A stretch of DNA of 55,904 nucleotides from Eledone cirrhosa (Eukaryota). Shown here piece by piece: positions 38,815-55,904 of the stretch; the stretch's first letter is position 1, and each line of letters begins with the position of its first letter. Under the pieces are notes generated by a model that had not been told where the DNA came from, did no database searches, and saw nothing but the letters and a program-made list of their open reading frames with translations. The stretch is taken from contig CAXHJY010001654.1 in the NCBI GenBank assembly GCA_964016885.1, forward strand, positions 1 through 55,904. Reading direction: 5' to 3'. The position numbers and the translations under genes are program-made.

Positions 38815-41594
38815 CATCATCATCATCATCATCAGCGTTTAACGTCCGTGTTCCACGCTTGCATGGGTTTGGACGGGGGTAGTCCCACTTGAGGCAAGAG
38901 TGATTGTCTTGCTCGCATAGGACTGTCTGGCAGGTTTTCTACAGTTGGATGCCCTTCCTAACACCAACCACATTTACAGTGTGGGTCTGGGAGGTTTTTA
39001 CCGTGTTGCCTACACGGCCACATTACAGCGTGGACTGTGTGTTTTTTTGTCGTGACACCTACACGATCTCATTTGTTTCGGCCTCGATGGCGCGGCACCA
39101 ACATAACTTTACATAGAACGGGGTGGTGTGGATCGGGTGGGGGTGGTGGGACGGGGTGTATTTGTTAGAGATGCCTACTGGCTGGAGTAGGTTTTACTAT
39201 ATATTTAGGTAAGGCGGGTCTTCTCTGTTACTGAGTACCGCCAAAGGTCTCGGTCCAGTGACATTGTCTTGGAGAGGTGTAAGTGTGTGATGTCGGAGTT
39301 TATCAGCTCGTCCCAGGTTTTTCTAGGTCTGCCTATTCCGTGACTACCGTCTATCTTTATTGCCCTGCACTTTGTTATACAGCTATCGACTTTCATGCGC
39401 ATCACGTGTCCATACCAACGTAGCCTTCTCTCGAGTAAACAACATCTGATCCCTCTTATCTCTAATTTATTCCTTAGTTCGTTTATGCTTTGCCGTTCAC
39501 GTATATTACTGTTACACATCCAGCGGAGCATGCAAGCTTCGTTCCTCTCTAGTCTGCGTATATCCTCTGCACACAATGCCCAGGTCTCACTGCCATGCAG
39601 CATTGCTGTTCGTATGCAGGCATCGTACAACCTGCCTTTCATTTTTAGTGAGAACCCTTTAGCAGCTAATAGTGGTATAAGCTCTCTGAACTTTTTCCAA
39701 CCAGTTCTGACTCTAGCTACAGTACTTTCAGAGCACCCTCCCCCACTGCTGATTTTATCGCCCAGGTAACGGAAGCTGTCCACTATTTCTATAGAACCCT
39801 CTGCGCAATTGAAAGAGCTAGTAGTTTGTGGGCACTTGCTGCTACTTATTGCACCAGAGCACCGGCCACATGTAAAATCTATGTTCTTAGTTAGCCTACC
39901 TGTGATCCCACTACATCTTTTATGCACCCATACTTTGCATTTAGGACATAAAATGGAGTTTCTACCTACGCCTTTCCTACACACCGAGCACGACCATTTC
40001 CCAGAAGGGACCGCCGCCTTGTTTTCTTTCCTACAAACTAGTACTTTGGTCTTAGCCAGGTTAATTTTAAGTCCTTTTGACTCTAGGCCGAGCTTCCATG
40101 TTTGGAATTTCTTCTCTAGCTCGGCCATTGATTCCGCTATGAGTGTCAGGTCGTCTGCGTATAGGAGTTCCCATGGGCAGCCTGTCTTGAACTCCTCTGT
40201 TATGGCCTGAAGGGCAATAATAAATAGTAGTGGACTGAGAACAGAGCCCTGATGGACGCCGACTTTTACGCTAAACTCTTCACTATATTCGTTGTTAATT
40301 CTAACCTTGCTGACTGTTTCTTTATACATGGCTTGTATAGCCCTCACAAGCCATTCGTCAACGCCTAGTTTTCTAAGAGCCCACCAGATAATGGAGCGGG
40401 GGACTCTGTCGAAGGCTTTCTCCAAGTCGACAAAAGCTAAGTAGAGGGGTTTACCTTTAGCTAGGTACTTCTCTTGTAGTTGTCGTACTATGAAAAGAGC
40501 GTCTGTGGTACTTTTGCCTGACACAAACCCGAACTGCATTTCATCTAGGTCAATTCTCTCTCTGATTAGTTGCGCTATTACTCTTTCCGTGACCTTCATG
40601 ACCTGGTCGATTAATTTAATGCCTCTATAGTTACTCCTATCTAGGGCGTCTCCTTTACCCTTATAACAGTTAACGATGATGCTGCTATGCCAGTCCTTCG
40701 GAACAACCCCGTTTTGTACGACTTGGTTAACTATGCGGGTGACCATGGTGTGTCCCACCGTGCCAGATGCCTTCAGCATCTCAGCAACTATTTCCGAAGG
40801 CCCAGCCGCCTTACCAGTCTTCATATCCTTGATTGCCTTACTTATTATACTCCCCTCGACTAACACTGCTGGTCCCTCTATTGGGTCGATATGGGGGAGA
40901 CTGCCTTTCTCCCAATTATTCTCCTCATTTAGAAGCCTTTCATAGTGACACTTCCAAGCTACCTTCTTATCAGCGTCGGTGATGGCAAGTGTGCCATCGT
41001 CGTTTAGTACACACTTCTCCCCGACAATATCACGGTTTTCCTTGACGCATTGCCTAGCAATCCTGAACACCTCACGTTTTTGGTCATCGCGTTGTAGAAC
41101 ATGCTTGAACTTTCTTTCCTCAGCTTCCCTTCTTGCTAAGTACACTTGTCTCCTAGCTTCCCTCCTGGCCACTTGATAGTCCTCTCTACTTCCCCCATCC
41201 CGCCATACTTTCCAAGCCTGCTTTTTGGCCTTAATTGACCCCTCCACCTTACTGTTCCACCACCATGTTACTCTCCTCCTGCCTACAGGCCTGCTCCAGC
41301 CACAGACCTCGTCTGTCGCCAACAGCAGGTTTGCTTTCAGAAATTCCCACTCTCCCTCTATATTGTCCGACTCTAAATGTTCTTCCTTACTGTCGAAAGC
41401 ATCAAGTAATATGCTTTGAAATTTATTCCTGGCTGTGGGGTCCTTTAACTTCCATATTTTCCTCCTGAGGATAGTCCTCTTCTGTTGTCGAGTACGTCTC
41501 GTCCTGACTATGAGGTCGCTAATTATCAGTCTATGTTGGGAGGTGCATTCTTCATGGGGGAGGGATTTAGTGTTAACAACAGACACTCTGTCAC
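38815..41594 (-). mobile_element. Young 5'-truncated RTE LINE (PHD lineage) with a candidate 19-bp TSD
   Basis: (GAT)n tail, 3'UTR, open frame 39205-41594; CATACATATATATATACAT at both 38796-38814 and 41595-41613. Confidence 0.96.
39205..41594 (-). CDS. Truncated RTE ORF (end of APE, RT, PHD-type finger); no genuine start codon
   Basis: [62 protein letters not shown]; no internal stops. Confidence 0.9.
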
Positions 41595-49821
<8,227 letters not shown>

Positions 49822-50426
49822 TGGTGGCTGCCAACTCGTTTTCGAGTACGGCCACTACTTTATATCCATGTAGGAGAACCCCTACCGAAGCGCTGCATGA
49901 GTGTGACTTTTTAGTCCAGCCAGCGACTTGAAAACTCTGGTACAAACACTACACTTGTGACAATTATTGACACATAGTGCTGGGCCCATGGTACCATGTG
50001 AGGACAAGTGCAGAGAGATCTCCAGATATAAAGCAATGCCTGTGCCGTGAAGCTTTTATAGTGAGCAAAGGCACTGCACAAAGCCAGTCCCACTCTCTTA
50101 ACCAAGATGATATTTACCAAAAGAAGAACAAGTCAACATCATTGGATACCATCAAGGTTGCAGGTGTTATATCAGAGTTTTCCTTCTCCTAGAATTCTGC
50201 CTTGACAAAGGCTAAGGGGTCATCTCTCCCGGTTGATTTTGGATGGCCATTGACTCTTAAGAGCTCCTTTGCCCTTTGACAGGTTTTGTTTTTAGTCCTG
50301 CAGGATGTCCAAAGTCACCCTCCTCACCAAGAAACCTTGGTGGGGTTGCCAGTTTAGTCGCCAACGACCCGACCATGAGACAGGTTGTACTGGGATACAT
50401 GTTACCAGTAGCACCAACTGGTGACC
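49822..50426 (-). mobile_element. Bipartite non-autonomous RTE element, family B, full length
   Basis: Near-identical to 17123-17727, with the same 5' nucleotide. Confidence 0.92.
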
Positions 50427-50563
50427 TATATACATACATATATATATACATACATATATATATACATACATATATATATAATATATATATACATATATAA
50501 TACATATATATATATATACATATACATATATATACATATATATACATATATATACATTATTAC

Positions 50564-50610
<47 letters not shown>

Positions 50611-50626
50611 CATATTATATATATAC

Positions 50627-50657
<31 letters not shown>

Positions 50658-50658
50658 C

Positions 50659-50711
<53 letters not shown>

Positions 50712-50754
50712 CATATATATACATATATATACATATATACATACATATATATAC

Positions 50755-50789
<35 letters not shown>

Positions 50790-50802
50790 CATATATACAT
50801 AC

Positions 50803-50845
<43 letters not shown>

Positions 50846-50851
50846 CATACG

Positions 50852-50885
<34 letters not shown>

Positions 50886-50901
50886 TATACATATATATAC
50901 G

Positions 50902-50932
<31 letters not shown>

Positions 50933-50963
50933 TATTATATATACATATATATACATATATATA
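50427..50963. repeat. (TA)n/(TACA)n array
   Basis: Direct reading. Confidence 0.98.
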
Positions 50964-51270
50964 TGTAGAATAAGGAGCAGGTATTGTAATAGCCTGGGAT
51001 TCAAGGGCCCTCAACTCTTCAACAAGCTGCCAAGGGATCTGAGAGATTTGCATGACGTGGAGGTGGATGTCTTCAAGAAACATCTCGACACCTTGTTATC
51101 CAGGATCCCGGATGAGCCCACAGTAAGGCACGAGGGAAACCTAATGGCAGCAGCAACAAACTTCCTCTTACACCAGTGGCCAACCTATACAGGCTGGAGA
51201 TAAAATGTGTAGCAACAAGGGCGGTGCCCCAGCATGGCCTCAGCCGTATGGCTGAAACAGGTAAAAGATA
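50964..51270 (+). mobile_element. CR1-like LINE 3' end
   Basis: [20 protein letters not shown]...[16 protein letters not shown]...AATNFL; short 3'UTR with hairpin TCAGCC-GTAT-GGCTGA. Confidence 0.85.
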
Positions 51271-51944
51271 CGTATACATATATATATAAGAATTAAAATA
51301 CTAGAGTGTGTTGGAGTTAAACACCCTCTTCATATTATAGAAATGACAGTAAGGGTATAGCTCAATGTAATTAAACAGAGCCGAAGAATTATGAAAATAT
51401 GTTAAGTTATATGCCAATATATTATAATATTGTTATTATAGTGTTATTGTAATATTTATATTGTTTGTGTAAATTGACCGGAGATTATAAATTATATAAT
51501 TATATAGTATATTATATATTATATGTTTACTTTTACTCATTTCTTTATCATTTTATACTGTAAATAATATATGTATTATATTTTTATTTTTATTTAAACT
51601 CTTAATAAGTGTTAGTTTGTGTTTGTATTGATAGATATGTGTATTGATATATATATATATATATGTATATTGGGCCTTTTAATATTATTATTATTATCAT
51701 TATCAATTATATTATATTATATTATATTATATTATATATAGTACTGTAATTCTCGCTTTATATCACCACTTGTGTTTAGTTTTAGTTTTTGCATTGTACT
51801 ATATTTGTAATATGGTTCAAAATGTTATTCACTTCCTTAGCAATTTTTACTTGATAATTTTCCTATGCTTTAATGTATGTATACTCCATATTCTTCTGAG
51901 TTTTGGGCTTGTATTGGCCGATAGTGCTTCTTATAGCTTTACTT

Positions 51945-51982
51945 GCCCTGATGAGTCCTTAATAGGACGAAACATTGTTGGC
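51945..51982 (+). ncRNA. Minimal type I hammerhead ribozyme
   Basis: GCC-CTGATGA-GTCCT-TAAT-AGGAC-GAAAC-ATT-GTT-GGC; GUU triplet; AATAAA at 51984-51989. Confidence 0.85.
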
Positions 51983-52056
51983 TAATAAAGACTTTTGATG
52001 TATTGAAGGCTTCTTTGGTTTATTTTCATAAATACATATATATATCTATATATATA

Positions 52057-52382
52057 TCATCATCATCATCACTGTTTTACGTCCGTTCTTCCACGCTAGC
52101 ATGGGCTAGACGAGTTGTCCTGTTGTGGGCAGTGTCTGGTCGGCTGACCATGCCTTGCTCATACAGGAACTGATTCTGGCTTGATTTCTACAGCTGGATG
52201 CCCTTCCTAACACCAACCTCATTTACAGTGAGTGCTGGGTGCTTTTTCGTGGCGCCTACACGTCCACTTTACAGTGTGGGCTGGGTGCTTTTTTGCCGTG
52301 GTACCTCCACGACACCCTTGCAGTGGGGTGGGGGGCATATTGTCTATATGCTTCAGCTTGTACCCATGGGAGGTCGGGTACC
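52057..52382 (-). mobile_element. RTE 3'UTR fragment (SINE-partner subfamily)
   Basis: Reverse complement of ~34238-34569. Confidence 0.9.
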
Positions 52383-52385
52383 CTT

Positions 52386-52500
52386 TATATATATATCTAA
52401 AACAGAGAATGTCTGTGTGTGTCTGTCTGTGACTCCCTAAAACTCGAGAACCACCCACCCGATTGTTTTCAAACTTTACACATGTAATACTTATGGACCT
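52386..52500 (+). mobile_element. Helitron-like non-autonomous element, 5' fragment
   Basis: tatatatctaaaacagagaatgtctgtgtgtgtctgtctgtg...aactcgagaac...ccgattgttttcaaactttacaca, a layout typical of non-autonomous Helitron/Helentron 5' ends; no 3' hairpin or CTAG seen. Confidence 0.55.
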
Positions 52501-52582
52501 GTGAGATTACTATATATTACAGACAAGAAGACTATATATTCTAAACTGTTCTCAAGTCCAGCAGTTGCAAGCGGAGGGAGAG

Positions 52583-52626
52583 ACCGTCCTGATGAAGGCC
52601 AGTCAAGCTTGAAATGCATAGACAGT
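52583..52626 (+). ncRNA. Minimal type I hammerhead ribozyme
   Basis: ACCGTC-CTGATGA-AGGC-CAGTCAA-GCTT-GAAA-TGCA-TA-GACAGT; palindromic stem III ATGCAT; AUA triplet. Confidence 0.8.
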
Positions 52627-52785
52627 TGTCCCCCTTGCTTCTGCTGGACACCACCAGATATATATATGTATACATATATATATATATATATATACACATA
52701 TATATATATATATATATATATACTTATATATATATATACATATACATATATATATATACATATACATATACATAAATACATATAC

Positions 52786-52821
<36 letters not shown>

Positions 52822-52934
52822 TAGTATTGGTGCTCTGAAATAGCGATGTATACATGAATGTATGTATAGTATATTTGGCAATATACCGTATGTTTAATTA
52901 AAAACATTTGAAGACCTTGCACTATCATTTTTAA

Positions 52935-53281
52935 AGTAGTGACTATGTCACTTCTGTTTCACGCTCTTGCCGATCCTCGGAGCATCGTACTCCTCGCCAA
53001 AAATTATAGAGGCTGGATTCTTATAGAATTTCAGTAATAATGAGGCACTGACTATACAGAGCAATTGCCGGTCCAGCAAAAATTAAAAATTAGGATTGGT
53101 GCTCTGAAATAGCAATGTATAATCAGTTCCTCATTATTACTGGAATTCTATAAGAATCCAGCCTCTATAATTTTCGGCGAGGAGTACGATGCTCCGAGGA
53201 TCGCCAATAGCATGAAACAGAATCTGTCAGCTTCTCTCCCTTCTTTCGCAAAAAAAAGAAGTGAGTGACATAGTCACTACT
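52935..53281. mobile_element. Kolobok-like MITE (TTAA TSD, AG...CT ends)
   Basis: TTAA|AGTAGTGACTATGTCACT ... AGTGACATAGTCACTACT|TTAA, plus subterminal inverted arms of about 105 bp (52952-53057 and 53117-53222). Confidence 0.8.
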
Positions 53282-53295
53282 TTAAAATCGATAGC

Positions 53296-53845
53296 GACAG
53301 CTGTATAAAAAAGTGCAGGGCGATCAAATGGATGGAAGTTACGGAGTAGGCAGACTCAAAAACACCTGGGACGATTTGATAAATTCTGACCTGACACACT
53401 TGCACCTCTCTAAGACAATGTCACTGGACCGAGATATTTGGCGCTACGCAGAAATACAGAAGCCCCTACTTGACTAAGTACAAAGCGAAACCTACAACAC
53501 GTAGGCACCTCTTAATGAAATATAAACCCCCCATCCCACTACCCCAACTCCCCCACCCCTTTCTCTGTAAAGTTATGTTGGTACCACAACATCCAGTCCT
53601 AAATAAATGAGGTCGTGTAAAAAAAACACACAGTCCATGCTGTAATGTGGCCATGTAGGTAACACGGTAAAAACCTCCCAGTCCACACTGTAAACGTGGT
53701 TGGTGTTAGGAAGTGCATCCAGCCGTAGAAAACCTGCCAGACAGTCCTATACGAGCAAGACAACCAATCTTGGCTCAAGTGGGACAATTCCCATCTAAAC
53801 CCATGCTAGCATGGAAGAAAGACGTTAAACGATGATGCTGATGAT
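53296..53845 (+). mobile_element. RTE LINE 3' end (PHD lineage), degenerate
   Basis: DSCIKKCRAI.., [17 protein letters not shown], 3'UTR and (GAT)n tail. Confidence 0.9.
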
Positions 53846-53927
53846 ATATATATATACATATATATATATAAATGTATACATATATACATATATAAACGTA
53901 TACATATATACATATATATATATACAC

Positions 53928-53985
<58 letters not shown>

Positions 53986-54044
53986 GTATACATATATATA
54001 TAAGTATATATATATATATATATATATATACGTACATAGAAACG

Positions 54045-54086
<42 letters not shown>

Positions 54087-54279
54087 CAGCGATGAATTTG
54101 TTTTGCAAGGTTTTTGATATGAAATCGTGGTGTCGAAACATATATTGTTATAATTGGGGAGGGTCATATTGTTGTAATAATATTGCCAGAGATAATAACA
54201 GAAAACACTCACTGTTGGTTGGTTTTCGCTTCTGCATTTTGTATGAGCTTATACTCAGCACTGTATTTTTGTTTATAAA

Positions 54280-54324
54280 GCTCTGATGATTCCTGCCCCA
54301 TGGTATGGATGAAACATTGTCAGC
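54280..54324 (+). ncRNA. Minimal type I hammerhead ribozyme
   Basis: GCT-CTGATGA-TTCCTGCC-CCAT-GGTATGGAT-GAAAC-ATT-GTC-AGC; canonical GUC triplet (cut after 54321); AATAAA at 54326-54331. Confidence 0.82.
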
Positions 54325-54367
54325 AAATAAAAATTGTATGAGTATCTAGGCGTTCTTTGATTTCTTT

Positions 54368-54369
<2 letters not shown>

Positions 54370-54418
<49 letters not shown>

Positions 54419-54536
54419 ATATGTATACATTCATATATGTATATACATATATAAATGATATAAATGATGATATATATGTATGCATATATGTATATGTGTA
54501 TATATGTATATATATATGTATATATTTATATATGCA

Positions 54537-54581
<45 letters not shown>

Positions 54582-54599
54582 ACATTTATATATGCATAT

Positions 54600-54647
<48 letters not shown>

Positions 54648-54670
54648 TTATATATGTATATATTTATATA
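54370..54670. repeat. (TA)n/(TATG)n array
   Basis: Direct reading. Confidence 0.95.
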
Positions 54671-55028
54671 TGCAATCGAAAGGTTGTGAGTTCAGTTCTC
54701 AGACCGGGTAATGTGTTGTGTCCTTGAGTAAGACACTTTATTTTTTTACATTGCTCCAGTTTACTCAGCTGTAGAAATAAGATGATAGGGACTGGGGTCT
54801 ATATTATTCCACTGCAAAGTGGTCGTGGAGGTGCCACGGCATAAAAGCACCCAGCACTCACTGTAAATGAGGTTGGTGTTAGGAAGGGCATCCAGCTGTA
54901 GAAATATAGCCAGAATCAGTTCCCGTATGAGGAAGACAAGACCAGCCGACTGGACACTGCCCGCAACAGGACAACCCATCAAACCCATGCTAGCATGGAA
55001 GAACAGACGTAAAACGGTGATGATGATG
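54671..55028 (+). mobile_element. 5'-truncated CORE-type SINE (tail type 1)
   Basis: B-box remnant, CORE-like block, tail as in 2832-3000. Confidence 0.9.
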
Positions 55029-55198
55029 TATATATTTACATGTATATATATATATGTGTGTATATATGTATACATTTAAATGTATATGTATATATATGTT
55101 TATATTTATTTATATATATATATGTATACATTTATATGTATGAATATACATATACATTTATATGTATATATATGTATATACATACATTTATATGTATG

Positions 55199-55231
<33 letters not shown>

Positions 55232-55355
55232 GAGAATTAGAACCCTGTAACCATTAAGCTCTAAGTAGAATCTCATCTATATTAAAACTTTTATACTCTG
55301 CAATGTATTGAGTACCTTACTTACTGTGGTTACCTCCGATTCAACCCGGAATAAC

Positions 55356-55409
<54 letters not shown>

Positions 55410-55719
55410 TAAACGGAATAGAAAATGCTGACAAATTGTTCACAGTTGAAAAATGGTTTAATTAGGAATAAAAGAGTATTAGTGATATATATATATATAT
55501 ATGTATATATGTATCCATTTATATGTATGTATATATGTATACATTTATATGTATGTATATATGTCTACATGTATATGTATATTATACATATATATGTATA
55601 TATGTATATGCATATATACATATATATGTATATGCATATATACATATATATGTATATATATACATTTACATATATATATGTATATATACATATATATGTA
55701 TATATGTATACATTTACAT

Positions 55720-55838
55720 ACGTCTAACCCATGCTAGCGTGGAAGAACGGACGTAAAATGGTGATGATGATGATATGTATACATTTACCTTTGCAAGCAG
55801 GGAAGAGCGGACGTAAAATGATGATGATGATGATGATA
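55720..55838 (+). mobile_element. Two orphan 3' tails in tandem (type 1, then type 2)
   Basis: cgtctaacccatgctagcgtggaagaacggacgtaaaatggtgatg, then cctttgcaagcagggaagagcggacgtaaaatgatgatg. Confidence 0.85.
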
Positions 55839-55904
55839 ATATATATATATATATATGTATATATGTATACATTTATATATATGTAGTTAGAGTCAGATCG
55901 GGAT

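Noticed and set aside
52935-53281. piggyBac assignment
   Set aside because: The TTAA TSD fits, but termini are AG...CT rather than CC...GG.
54108-54153. Additional hammerhead (GTC-GAAACA-TATAT-TGTT)
   Set aside because: No CTGANGA half upstream.

Overview
Repeat-saturated eukaryotic DNA with no confidently identifiable host gene. It is most likely coleoid cephalopod (octopus-type), inferred from the huge (TA)n/(TACA)n arrays, the CORE-type tRNA SINEs and the RTE LINEs. Roughly 40% is TA-derived microsatellite, and nearly every mobile element sits inside such an array. Contents: (1) one intact RTE/BovB-like LINE (19688-23233, minus; APE + RT + three C-terminal C2H2 fingers) and two families of short bipartite 5'UTR+3'end non-autonomous RTE derivatives; (2) many copies of a second RTE lineage with a PHD-type C4HC3 finger inside the RT C-terminal region and a (GAT)n tail; (3) CORE-SINEs that share their tail with an RTE subfamily present in the window; (4) about ten minimal type I hammerhead ribozyme motifs from several unrelated sequence families, mostly beside AATAAA and several in inverted or palindromic arrangements typical of Penelope-like pseudo-LTRs; (5) a Kolobok-like MITE, a Helitron-like 5' fragment, CR1/L2-type remnants and a twin-priming inversion. 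The least explained signals are a 5' leader shared by two unrelated LINE lineages, a structured 5' module on one SINE-like family, and an exon-like segment with a nearby inverted copy. All long Ile/Tyr-repeat ORFs in the ORF track are microsatellite artefacts. Coordinates were read by eye and may be off by a few bases.
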